Source: Phoronis australis (Eukaryota; Animalia; Phoronida). Taken from it: a stretch of 64,000 nucleotides of DNA. The position numbers and the translations under genes are program-made. Within the stretch, counting starts at the first letter, position 1. Every line of letters begins with the position of its first letter. The stretch covers positions 670,522-734,521 of the forward strand of contig NMRA01000190.1 of assembly GCA_002633005.1 (NCBI GenBank), given 5' to 3'. Shown piece after piece: positions 38,661-51,907 of the stretch. The notes beneath the pieces are model-generated. The model saw nothing but the letters and a program-made list of their open reading frames with translations, was not told the origin of the DNA and made no database searches.

Positions 38661-40654
38661 TCGTGGCAATTTCCGAGAGGGCGCGCAGAATGAGATGATG
38701 TCTTATCCGATACATGCCGGATGATGCAGGTGTGTAAGTTCCGTTATTCATCAAATTTTAGTCTGGATGACAATTCTCCAACCGTGACAACAGTGTGGTG
38801 TCCAGTTCGTTGTAATATATTTTAAGTGTTGGCTGTATTTAATTGTACTGTGGGTTGTACACATGGGTCGACGACGCACATGCATTTCAATGGATAGATC
38901 TATCCATCTATCAATTTTATTATCATTCGCTTGCACATGACGTTTGTTACTTTTCTTGCTGCTCTTTTTAACCCCTACTAACAATTTTACTAACGTACTA
39001 ACAGGTGTCCTAACATCTAATAAGAGAGACAGCATGAATGAACACAACGTTCAAAGTCACAAAATGCATGTTGAATGGTGTTAATTGAAGTCCCCGTATC
39101 GATGACTGCCGAGGTAGGGAAGAAAGGAGTTTTCAATTAGTCTCCGAGTGGAAAATTGAAAACAATCTTTGATTTGTCGATTCTTTGTAAATTTTATTGA
39201 TGCACTTTGTATATTCACACACTACCCATACCCCCAACGGTAAGCTGCGAGCCACGGATAACCGAAATGGATGAAGGTGGACGGAAGACGAAAATCAACA
39301 ACCGAAGATTAAAATTAAGAAGGTAATATAATGTTGCTTGAGTGTCACAGTGCAATACGTAGATACTTCGAACTTTCACAAGTCCAAAGACCCATAATCC
39401 GACAAATGAAAATATTTTTGAAAGGCCCTGTGAAGGCCGAAGATTCACAAATCCGACAGAATGTAAAACTAATTAGTTAGTCGAAACTAGTCTGAGGGTG
39501 TATGACACCAGAGACTAGTGATTTAAAGTGGAACTTGCACCCTATTTCCTTATTTCTGTGATTGCTTGATCATATTAGGTTGAAACACAGTATATAGCGA
39601 CGGTGTGAATATGAAGTAGGTTGAACATTACCAAATTCTAGGAACGAGTTTGGTATCGAAAATGATCCGCCGTAAATCACTCAACCGTTAATATCGTGAC
39701 GTGGTGTTGGGGAACAACACTGCATGACGTGGGCTATGTTGGCCCCCAAGGTACGTCGCTAGGTACAAGTCCGGCACTAAAAAGATACTACACAACTCCG
39801 AAAATTAAAAATTGAACTTTCGTGACACGAGGTTTTGATCAGTAATATGGAGCAAAATGCACGGGGATTTATATGCACGTACCTGTTTGAAACTACTTCC
39901 TCGGAGAGCCAATGCCTCTCAAAAGGATCCAAACAAAGTTCGGCAATGTGCACTGAGCTGATTGATATTATCATAATTACATCGGCCAAAAGATATTGAT
40001 CTAAAAATCGATGTTTTAGCCGCACGGTTTAGAGCATCTTTTTGTAGTGTGGTCAATTTCGCAGAAAGGAGGGTATGCTTTTGCAAAGATCTCACAAAAA
40101 CTGTGCTTGCATTATCGCAATCACGCACAGCGCCATTAAAGTAATAAGAACTTTTTAAGAGGTGTTTGGGATTAAATGATCAATTTTACTAACTATGGCA
40201 TGTATTCTGAACTTTTTAGTCTATTTAAATCAGTCAGTAAATTTTCTGCTTTTGATGTTTTTAGGTCGTCTATAATGAAAAAAAAAACGGTGCAAGTCAG
40301 GTTCGTTGGCAATTATAAGGACAACATGGGGAATGACTGAATGGTATTCACTAGTTACTTTAAGTTATTATGAATAAAAACGCTTACTTTTGTTTGTTGA
40401 CCGACAGAATACAATCCTATACATTCACCAACAACAGCACTGTAAGAAATCCAGTTTTCTGATATTTTTCCTCTTTGCAGCGGCGTTGCTTTATTTTTCC
40501 TAACCAATTCAATTTACACTTTACGTTGTAAAATACTGAAAGTTTTCAGTTCAGCTCAAATATGTTCGGTTCTTTCTCGAGGGTTAATTTCATGTAATCT
40601 TAATTGCTTTACTTTATTTGAGTAATTTTGCAATTGTCAAACCACTGGATTTTG

Positions 40655-41440
40655 ATGGACGCTCGTAATTGCGACCGAGACTATTATAAAGCTAGCGTTT
40701 TATTACTGTAATTCTGATATCCAATGATAAACTGGTCTGTAGGTCACGTGAGCTGGGAAGCAGTTGTATGCTCGTAAATTTACGTTCATCATTTTACACT
40801 AGTAATTTTATGAACGTTATTTTACGCTCGTATTTTTGCACCTATTATGAAGTGTTCAGAAGATAAAATCCCAGGTGCAAAGTTTTTCAGAGCAAAAGAT
40901 TGAAAAATATCGATGACTGACTGAATTTTTTTTACTTGCTGCTCTAGCTATCCCATGCACTTGAAAGTGGTCCGTTTTAGTACATACTGAGGTGCCAAAA
41001 TGTATATCTAGCGGGTTGTCTTATTTCATTTGTTAAAATCACCATGCTTTTTCATTATTTGGACGAAGTTTCGCTTTCTTACTCTTAACGGTGCGTGCAG
41101 ATAATATGAAATTGCAAAAACATTGGTTCAAATCGGTTTCTGGGGGTAATGCAGTAGAGTTTCCAAATGGTGATGGTAAATTATTCATTCTTTATTCAAG
41201 ACACTTGGATAACAAACCATTTGCACCACAAAACAATATCAAATGCTGGTGATATCGTGGACTGGTACTTGAATCAAACGGCTACTTGCTAAAATTACGA
41301 GCGAAAAATACGAGCGTAAAATTTCGAGCGTAGAATTTCTGCTGAGCTCACGTAAACTACAAACCAATTTCTCACTGGATTTAACGATTACGGTCGTAAA
41401 ACACGAGCGCAGTCTCTGTTGTAATTGCGATCGTAAATAA
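40655..41440. mobile_element. Old foldback-like element with degenerate long inverted ends
   Basis: About 40655-40755 resembles the reverse complement of about 41340-41440 (…tgtaggtcacgtgagct / gagctcacgtaaactaca…); subterminal ttacgctcgta / tacgagcgtaa motifs. Confidence 0.55.
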
Positions 41441-44421
41441 AGGCGGCACTAACTTCCGAACGAATCACGATGATATCCGAATAACTGTGAACCAAACAAA
41501 CCAGTCAAAAGGTATGGTGTGTCTCATCTGAAAGCATCCCGGAAGTTTTAGCTTTCGACTACATGGTTGTACTTGTATGATCAATTGAAAGTATTCCTGT
41601 GCATGGTTTTATAACTGGTTTCAAACCACAGAGCAGAAAACTGATATTTGTATAGGCTAATTAGAAGATCTTATGTAAGCGACTTCGCTTTTTGTCAAAC
41701 TACTGGATTTTGATTAACTAGTGTGTTATTACGCGCCCACATATTTATATGTGGACGCATTATGCCGTCATCTCCGTCCGGCGTCCGTCCGGAACCATGA
41801 CGACCGTGATTTCATACCTTCGGGTCTCACTGTATCTCACTTGTTGTTGTTATCTGAGGGCAATGAGGTACTATAGGTTTTATCACTTCTTTTGGTTTTC
41901 TTTTACCTTTTTTTGCAGTTGTTTGTTCCGACTTGGCCATTCGTCAAACGACAGGACTTTGGCCGACCAGTCTACAATTAACATGCGGGACCTGACGTCG
42001 CGAGCACTTTACAAATAGTGCTACAGGACCACGAATAACACCAGAGCCAAGAGTTATGGTACCGTTCAGCTCGAAGTCACCGGTTCGGTCTACATGCATG
42101 TACTCTTATGAGCCATCAAAATATGAACAAACACTTATTTGATTTGGAAAAGCGAAGCAAAACTACTCGCCAGTCATTCAGGCATCTGTCTTTATTCACG
42201 TACACTGTTTCACACCTGGTTTCAAGGCACAATTTCCCAAGAAGCGTAAATTTCTGCTAAAAAGGTACATTGATAGTAAGACAACGGTATTAAAAACAAA
42301 GTGGATATTCGTTTGATAAAAATGTTCCAGGAGTGAAACACTGTAGATGTTCTAAAATATGATCATTTCATTTAAGTTTTGTGAACAGTGCTTAATCATA
42401 GTATTTGAAAGTTTACATCAACTTGAACAGCTATTTTAAAGTTAGAGAAATGTAGATATTTTTTCTATGGTCATACGTGACCTAAACAAGGACGACCTTG
42501 ACCTCGCCAACACTAGCAGCGAACCAAAGATGTCGCTGAGCCACCAGAGTCGGAAAGGTAAAAAAAATCACGGGAGTTGCCTTTTACGTGAAGGCGCACG
42601 CCATGAGATGCTGTCTTACCTAATACATAAAGGATGATGGAGGTGTTTAACTTTCGTTATTAATATCAGTTTTGTATGTCTGTTTCTTGCAGTTACAATT
42701 CCCCACCTTTGACAACTCTGTGTGGTATATAGATCTTTGCAATTAATTTCAAGTATTGAGAATTGACTGTATTTTAGTCGTGCTCTTGGTTGTACTCAAG
42801 TATTGGTGCTTGGGTGGTGATGACGCACATGTACTTAATAGATAGATCTCTCCATCCATCAAATCTATAGACGTATGTTACTTGTCTTGCTGGTATATTC
42901 GCGTTGACGCTAACGCTCATTCTAACCCTGCCTAACAATTGCACTAACGTACTAACACAAGTCCTGACATTACAAGAAAGACAGCATGAAAAAAATCGAA
43001 ATGACTTACAAGGTCGCATGCTGAATGGTATTATTTGAATTCCTCTGAAGATGCCGCAATCAGATGTAGCTGAGAAGTGGCTGCCGTGACATTGACAAGG
43101 ATTTTTCAGTTAGTAATACTATTCGAGTTGCAAATTGAAAACATTAGTTGATTCCTCGATTGTAATTATTAATGCCGGTTTTTGTTTATTTACGCGTCAT
43201 ATTCACGCAACAACGATACGATGCTAGAAAAAGGATAACGAAAACGGAAGAAGAACGATGGAAGACCGAAATTAACTACCGAAGACTAAAATTAAGCAGG
43301 TAATTGGCGTAGCTTGCGAATCATAACACATTAGTGTAAATAGGATTGAGCTCGATACTGCGAAGGTTCAGAAGCCTGAAGGCAAATTATGCGACAAATG
43401 AAAATTGTTTTTATAAAGGCCCTATAAGTTCAAAGGTTCAGAATTCAAACAGACAGAAAAGCCAGTTATTTCGAAGCTAATCCAAAGGTCCATGACACCC
43501 ACAAGCGATTCAAAGTCATCGACAGCGAAGCACCATACTTTTAGTGGCTGTAAACCAAAATTTGAAAATGTAAGATGCAGCTCAGTGACCATTGCCGAAC
43601 TTTGTTTGGATGCTTTTGAGTAGCATAGTCTCTTCAAAGAACTAGTTTCAAACGGACATGTGTACATGTATATAAGCTCCGAACATCTTGCTCGAAATCA
43701 CTGTTCAGAACCTCGTGTCCTGAAAGCACGAACTTTAAGCTTTCGAATTGATAGACTTTCGGACTTGTGTGGAACTTCGGATTTAGGGACTTTTGGTCTA
43801 GTTAACGTTCAGACCTAGGAATACCGTGATGTCATACCATCGACCCAAACTCTCTCACTTTTAGATATCAATTCCGGTCATATTGGTTTTTCACTTCTAA
43901 GGGGTTGATTTCCTTTTAATTTTATTGCAGATGTTTAACGACTTGACCATTTGTCGAACAACTGGACTTTGGCTGACATGTAAAACATGCAGGAACTAAC
44001 GTAGCGAGCAGTGACAGTATACCAAAGGTGCCGTAAGACCACTAACATTATTGACACCAGTTCATCTGTCAACATGCTGGAAGTTACCTGTTTCGACAAC
44101 ATGTGTGTACTCCAGTGTGCCATCAAAATATGACCAAATACTTGTTTGATTTGGAAAAGCGAAGTGAATAATCTACTTGCCAATCATTCAGGCATTTGTA
44201 TTTAATGATGTACACTGTTTCATAACTGGTTTCAGGGCACAGTCTCTCAAAAACCGCAAAAAACAAAGGCACGTTGATAGGAAGACAACAGTATCAATAA
44301 CAAGATCGAATTTAATGCTATGAAAGTATTCCTGAAGTGATCTTAGAAATAGTGTTAGTGGTCTAAAATATGATCATTTCATTTTCGTTGTGTGAACGGT
44401 ATTTAAATCAAAGTATTTGAC

Positions 44422-45740
44422 ATTTTTATGCGCCCACATATTTATATGCGGACGCATTATGCCGTCATCTCCGTCCGTCCGTCCGTCCGTCCGTCCGTCC
44501 GTCCGTCCGTGCGGCGTCCGTCCGTCCGGCGTCCGCTGCTCTATCTCCAAAACCCTTTGACATACGTTCATGAAATTTGACACATATGTTCCATTCATAA
44601 ATGGGACGGCATGGGCGAACTTTTGGACGGATTCGACTACCGGTGTGCTCCCTAGTGGCAATTTTAGTTAAGAACGCTTGCCTTTGAGTCTTCAAAAGTC
44701 CTTAACGGATTTTCGTGAAATTTGGTATGTAGGCAACTATAAGTGGGATGACGCTATTCTCCCGTTTTCGGATGGATTCGACTTAGTTTGCGCCACCTAG
44801 TGGCCATTTTTACATGTTTTCGAGTCTGTTTTTTTGCGTTCACCCCTCTATCAACCAAACCGCTCAAAGGATGCTTGTGAAAATTGACATGTATGTGCTT
44901 ACTATAAAGAGGACGGTTGATGATGATTTTCCGACAATTTCGACTACTGTGGCGCCTCTTAGTGGCAGTTTTGTTTTTTTGCGCCTATGGCTGTATCTCC
45001 TAAACCATTCGCAAGATCTTTACTTAATTTAGCAAGTGTATTTATATGATATTGACTACGGATGACGACGACTTCCGGACAGATCTGACTACTGCTGTGC
45101 CCCCTAGTGACAATTTTAGTTTTTTTACCCTTAACTCTGTATCTTCAAAGGTCTTCAATAGATTTTCCTAAAATTTTGAATACATGCATCTATTGTTGTG
45201 ATGACGCTATCTTCCTGTTTTTGGGTGGAATCGACGTATTTTGCACCACCTAGTGGCTATTTTTGCTGTTTTCAAATCTTGTTTTTGGCGTCCACCCCTG
45301 TATCAACCAAATCATTTGAAAATTGGCATATATGTTCTCAGTGTGAAGACGACCTTTGATGATTGTGATTGACTACTGTGGCACCTCCTAGTGGTAGTTT
45401 TGTTTTGCGCCCAAAGTTGTATCCCCTAAACCCACTGCAGGATCTTTACTAAATTTAGTAAGTGTGTTTATATGAAGATAACAACAGACGACTACGACTT
45501 TCAGGCGGATACAACGGACATTGTGTCCACTAGTGGTAATTTCATTTTATTCTGTTCTCCTTTGTTTCTCTAAAGTTCCTTAACAGATTTTTATGAAATA
45601 TGGCATGTTCCTGTTTTTGGATGGATTGTATGTTTTTGCAACATCTAATGGCCATTTTTATGATACAAAAAATAACTCTAAAAGCACACCATTTGCAATG
45701 CATTCGTGGGCGCATTTCAACGCTCCGCGTTGGTCTTGTT
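44422..45740 (-). mobile_element. Complete-looking Helentron-like (HINE/pearl-type) element, family 1
   Basis: Minus strand: 5' AACAAGACCAACGCGGAGCGTTGAAATGCGCCCAC, internal tandem units, (GACG)n at 44471-44535, 3' hairpin ATGCGTCCGCATATAAATATGTGGGCGCAT then AAAAA; the 5' subterminal ATGCGCCCAC is complementary to the 3' GTGGGCGCAT. Confidence 0.8.
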
Positions 45741-47522
45741 GGAATTGTAAACGTTCAAACCCTCGAACATCGTGGTTTCATACCTTCTGCCGACACTCTA
45801 TCTCACTTGTAGTTTTCAATTCAGATCATATGACAGTGTACCAAAGGTGTCGCAGTACCACTTGCACGATTAACACCAGAGCCAAAGGGTATGGTGACGT
45901 TCAGCTGTAAACGTCATGGATATAATTACATGTTTTAACTGCATGCATTCTATGAGCCATCAAAACTTTACCGAACACTTGTTTGCTTTGGAAAAGCAAA
46001 GTGAAAAATCTACTCGGCAGTCATTCAGGCTTCTGTCTTTGTTCATGTACACTGTTTCACACCTGGTTTCATCACATAAAAGACAAATTCACATTGATAG
46101 TAAAACAACTGTATCAATAACAAGATCGAATTTGATTTAATGAACTTACTTTAAACACTTGATGGAACTGTGCTCAACCGCCATCTTCAGTTGGTCTCCT
46201 ACTGTCCTTAAAGGTTTCGTCCCTAAACCAAGACCATCTCTAGTAGGCGGGACAACATACTTGATCAGGCTCTGTCTGACGGTTGTTGGTGGTGATGCTG
46301 TTGGTATTTCATCCGAATCCAGCAAGATGCCTGTTCAACTTCAGTGGCTACGTCGCGTAGAAGAGCCTTCTTTCCTGACACGGAGACGCCAAGAGACCTC
46401 GCCATGGTAATGACCGAAATTATTCCATAAGTGATATCAGAAACACTGTTAATATTCTAAAGTGTGATCTTTTCCTTTTCGTTTTATGGACCGTGTTTAA
46501 ATCTTAGTATTCGAACATTTTACCTAAATCTGATCATCTATTTCTGAGATATAAGCCTTCAAACTCAAAAAACCCACAAAATTTAGCAAGAAACCCCAAA
46601 ACATTGATAGTAAAACAATGGTATCTATATAACATAATCGAAATATATTTGATAAAAATATTCGGGAAGTGATCACAGAAACACTGTTGATGGGGTAAAC
46701 TATGATCAATTCATTTTCGTGTTGTGATAGGTGTTCAAATCATAGTATGTGGCATTTGACCTAAATCTGAACAGCTAATTTCGAGGGTCATACAGAACCT
46801 GAACAAGCAAGACCCTGACCTCTCAACCACTGGCAGTGAACGAAAGATGTCACGGGACCACCAACACAAAATAACACCATTACTGAATGCAATTTGGTCT
46901 CGCTGACACTTGCAGTTACAGCTCTCCACCTGTGACAACTGCGTTATGTCTTGATTATTGTAATAGGATATAAGTGTTTACTGTATTTTTGTTGTACTCT
47001 AGGTTGTACTCATGTTTTAGTATTTGGGAGGTGATGACACACATGTACTTCAAATGGATGGATCTTTGTATCTATCAAATCCATTACTATTCGCTTGGAT
47101 TAAATGTGTGTTACTTGTCTTTCTGGTACATTCGCATTGACGCTAATGCTATTTCTAATAACGACTAGAAATTGCACTAACATACTAACACAAGCCATAA
47201 CATACTAAGAAAATAGCATGGTTGAATCCAAATTACGTTCAAGGTTCAAGGTTCCATGGTGAATTCCTTTGCAGATGCCACAAGTAGCTGAACAGTGGTT
47301 CCCATGATCGACTTCTGCCGTGGCGCAGACAAGGATTTCTCAATTAATATGGGAGTGGCAAATTAAAAATATTAGTTGATATCTCGATTGTTTGTAAATT
47401 TTATTAATGCACGTTTTTGTTTATTTGATCGCCATACCCACGCAACAAAGATACCACGCAGCCCACGGATAACCAAAACGGAACAAGAAGGATGGAAGAC
47501 GAAAATTAACAACGGGAGACTA

Positions 47523-48007
47523 AAGCTTGAATGCAATTGCGTATACGCACTTACAACTCTGCGCGGGGTGTATGCACATGCATAGTGAAGTATAGGCGCA
47601 TTACATTGCATAAAAGTTGCATCCTTCGTGTGGAAGAGAGCGATGTCCCTGGTAACTATGAAAGAGCAAGAGTGAAAAATTAGAATGTCAATGGAAAATT
47701 GCACTTAATGACCCCACAGTTGCACCTAATTACTCCAAAGTTTGTGACTGAATTTAACTCACGAATGAAAATGATGTATGTGTTGATGAAATGTCTAGCT
47801 CAGAAATCATTTTTGCACTGATTGACCTTTGACCCAGAAATTCAGTTCATTTTTTAATACATTTATTGCCCAGACAACATCACGTAGCCAGTCTGAGGTT
47901 GGGTGCCTCAGTTCTGGCTTTAACAAAAGTATATAATAGCGACTAATAGATATATAAGGCAATAAAATGTACCTGGAAAGGGGAGCGGGGGAAGGACTTT
48001 CACGCGC

Positions 48008-48043
<36 letters not shown>

Positions 48044-51000
48044 AACACACACACACACACACACAAACAAACACACACACACACACACACCCGGTTTTGA
48101 AATTATGTCTGGAGAAATTAGGTTCTATATAAATACGTACAAACATAAATACATAATTATAAAAATAATAACAGTACAACTTTGATGATTTCTAGAATAC
48201 TAATTAAAAGCATGCGTGCAGACCTCTCCATTTATCCATATTTGTGTCCGAGGTATGTGTTAAAATTGTGTTTATAAAAGTTTGTAATTTCAACTTGAGG
48301 CTTTTTACCTTTGATGTCTGGTAAATGAAGTTAAGTGCAAGTGTATTAATGGTATTGCAAATTAATTTGTGGTTTGTATTAGGGTTTTGAATAGAATCTA
48401 ATATGTCCCATATCGTAAACATGTACTGGGTATTTAGGGCTTTATTTAAGAGTGTTTGCACTGATTCCCAGAAAGTCCTGACACATGTGCAATAATAAAA
48501 CATATGAAATAGTCTGTAACTCATCACAATAGGGGCACTTATCAGTATCAACCACCCCTATTTTGTATAAAGTGATATTTGTAAATATTCTTCTATGGGT
48601 AAAGAGGTACCTGAAGTTTTTTAATTCAGGATTTATTGGGAGGCTGAAGGGTAAAAAATAAATTTCTCTAATTTCTTTTTCATTATAGTAATTACTTAAC
48701 CGCGCATAAGTGTCGGGTTTTTGTGCAAAAGTATGTATAGTACACTTTTTAAACCAATCTTTACTACAACTGCTATAATTAATTAAATGAAAGTTGTTAC
48801 AACCAATAGATCTTGGTTCTAGTTCACCAAGATGCTTCCTCAATGCACTAACAACAACATTGTATTGGAATATACAAAAATTCTTCAGATTGTATATATT
48901 TTTGATAAAATCCCAACTAAGAATTTTATTTTCATTATCTAGAAAATCTTCAGAAAATAAGTCCCTCTTCAAACATTTCCCGACAAAATACGGATTTATT
49001 GCTAAGTAAAATGTTTTGATTATTCCACAACACTTGTTTGTTAATAGGTATATTCTTAAAAACTTCTATATTCAAAGGCTCTAAGCTTTTCAGTTGATGA
49101 GATCAAAATTCCGTGAAAGTTCTTGGTACACTTATATGGCACCAAGCTGTTCACGAAATTTCAAGAAGAAATCTAAAAAATTGCAGAAGGAGAAGCTTTT
49201 GAATGAAACATACCGGTTGACCTCTCATGGGTCCTTTAGTGCATTTTGAGTCATACCCGTATTATAAATAGTTTTTGACTGGCAATTGGTTGATTCACCA
49301 TGAATATAAACGCTCTCCCTAATACAACATGTAATTACGAACTGATTGAAAAATTCGAAGATTTAACAGAAAGCTGCACTTAATGACCAGAAAGTTGAAC
49401 CTAGTGACCCCAAAGTTTGTAATTGAACTTCCTTTAAGAATGGTTATTATATGTATGATTATGAAAGGTGTAGCTCAAAAATCACTCGGTTCCCTTTATC
49501 CGTTTCAAATTCCAGGTAAACTAAGAATGCACTTCTCTGGTGCCTGCGTGTTATCAAAATTCGGAGAGTCTGTCTAAAAGCCTGTCGAAGAAAAAGCAAT
49601 TTGATGGAATGCACTCTTTGACCCGTTTCGGGTCAATCCGGTGCATTTGGAGTCAAATCCATATGATCAATAGAATTTGATAAACAATTAGTTGAACCAC
49701 CATGAATTTGAACGCTCTCCCTAATGCATCATTTAAATACAAGCTGATTGAAAAAGTCTTAAATTTAAAAGAAAACTGCACTCAATGACCCCAAAGTTGC
49801 ACCTAGTGACCTCAAAGTTTGTGACTGAACTTCCTTTATGAATGGTAATCATATGTATGATAATGGAAGGTCTAGCTCAAAAATCACTTTTGCATTTAAT
49901 GACCTCTGACCCGTACACTCGGTTCCCTTGATCCGATTGGAAATCCTAGTAAATTTTGGATGTAATTCTCTGGTGCCTACTTGTTAACAAAATTCGAACA
50001 GCCTATCTAAAAACCTGTAGAAGAAGAAGCATTTTAATTAAATGCACTCCTTGACCCGTTTTGGGTCATTGCGGTGCATTTTGGGTAAAAAATTATGATT
50101 AATAAAAACCTCTTGATCATCGTATCAAGGATTCTGAATATGATTGTTGTCACCTAATGGATGTAAGAGTAACAAAAATCTGAACAGGAAGGAAGAATAA
50201 GAAGAGCACGAAGAATAAGAATAAGAAGATAAAATACGTAGAACAGTAAAACTGCGCTTGCACGCGCAGAGTAATAATAAAAACAAGAGTGAAAAGTATG
50301 AATATCAACGGAAAATTGCACCAAATGACCCCACAGTTGCACCAAATGACCCCAAAGTTTGTGGCTGAATTTCCTTTACGAATGAAAAGTATATACACAA
50401 TTATGTAAGCTCTATCTCAAAAATAATTTTTGCACTTACTGACCTTTGACCCAGAAATTCGGTTCAGTTGATCAGATTAAAATTCCAAGTAAGTTCTGTG
50501 TGCACTTATATAGCACTGAACTGTTCACGAAATTTGAAGAGGCAATCTCAAAAATCGCAGGAGAAGCATTTGAAAGAAATACACCGGTTGACCCTCTTGG
50601 GATCCTAGAGTGCAGTTTGGGTCACACTCCTATGATCAATAGTGTTTGATTGGCTAATGGTTGAGTCACCATGAATATGAACGCTCTCCATAATAGAACA
50701 TGAAAGTACGAGCTGATTGAAAGTCTGAAATTTAACAGAAAACTGCACTCAATGACCCCAAAGTTGCACCTAGTGACCCCAAAGTTTGTGACTGAGCTTC
50801 CTTTATCAGTGGTAATCACATGAGTAATTCTGAAAGATGTAGCTCAAAAATCACTTTTGCACCTAATGACCTTTGACCCGGAAACTCAGTTTCCTTCATC
50901 CGATTGGAATTCCAAGTAAATTTCGGGTGTACTTCTCTCGTGCCTGCTTGTTTTCAAAATTCGGAGATTCTATCTAAAAACCTGTCCATGAAAAAGAAAT

Positions 51001-51907
51001 TTAGTGGAATGCACTCCTTGACCCATTTCGGGGCAATCTGGTGCATTTTGAGTCAAATCCATGTGATCAATTGAATTTGATGGGCAATTGGATGAAGAAC
51101 CATGAATTTGAACGCTCTCCCTAATGCATTATTTAAGTACAAGCTGATTGAAAAAGTCTTAAATTTAAAAGAAAACTTCACTTAATGACCCCAAAATTGC
51201 ACCTAGTGACCCCAAAGTTTGTGACTGACCTTCCTTTATGAATGGTAATCATATGCATGATTATGAAAGGTCTAGCGCAAAAATCACGTTTGCACTTAAT
51301 GACCTTTGACCCGGAAACTCAGTTCCTCCGATTGGAATTCCTAGTAAATTTCAGATGCAGATCTCTAGTGTCTACTTGTTCCCAAAATTCGAAGAGTCTA
51401 TATAAAAACCTGTAGAAGAAGAAGCATTTTGTAAAAAGCACTCATTGACCCCTTTCGGGTCAATCCGGTGCATTTTGGGTCAAAACGATATCATCAATAG
51501 AAATCCCTTGATTATCATATCAACCACAGTGAGAATGATTGTTGTAAGTGAATGAATGTAAGAGTAATAACAATCTGAAAAGGAAGGAAGAATAAGAAGA
51601 ATAAGAATATGAAGATAAAATACGTAGAACAGTAAAACTCTGCGCTGCACGCGCAGAGTAATAAGAAGACTAAAATTGAAGAAAACTCAGGAACAACAGT
51701 ATTCTGCGCTTGCACGAGCAGAGTAATATGAATAATAAGAATAAGAAGATAAAATACGTAGAACAGTAAAAATCTGCGCTTGAACGAGCAGAGTAATAAG
51801 AAGATAAAATACGTAGAACAGTAAAACTCTGCGCTTGCACGCGCAGAGTAATAAAATTGAAGAAAACCCAGGAACACCAGTACTCTGCGCTTGCACGCGC
51901 AGAGTAA
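47523..51907 (+). mobile_element. Helentron-like non-autonomous element, family 2 (copy A), with 400-500-bp internal tandem units and stacked 3' hairpins
   Basis: 5' ..TGCAATTGCGTATACGCACTTACAACTCTGCG; recurring aatgaccccaaagttgcacctagtgaccccaaagtttgtgactga and tgacctttgacc; AAG/AAT microsatellite; hairpin ACTCTGCGCTTGCACGCGCAGAGT; flanks rejoin to match the empty site at about 43280-43300. Confidence 0.75.
47850..49088 (-). mobile_element. 5'-truncated L1/Tx1-type LINE (zf-RVT region) nested in the family-2 element
   Basis: ORF 48442..48972 ..FRYLFTHRRIFTNITLYKIGVVDTDKCPYC.. is zf-RVT-like; AATAAA plus short A tail at 47850-47868 on the minus strand; host unit (gacccagaaattc.gttca|gttgat) resumes at about 49093; internal (CA)n at 48013-48090. 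Confidence 0.8.

Noticed and set aside
39523-40300. Possible TTAA-inserting (Kolobok-like) element with GAACTTGCACC / GGTGCAAGTC ends
   Set aside because: Only a short IR, no right-hand TTAA, and the host sequence does not clearly resume
51637-51905. CRISPR-like look: ~24-bp palindromic repeats with 30-45-bp spacers
   Set aside because: Spacers are homologous to each other rather than unique, there are no cas genes, the context is eukaryotic, and the hairpin is explained as a transposon end
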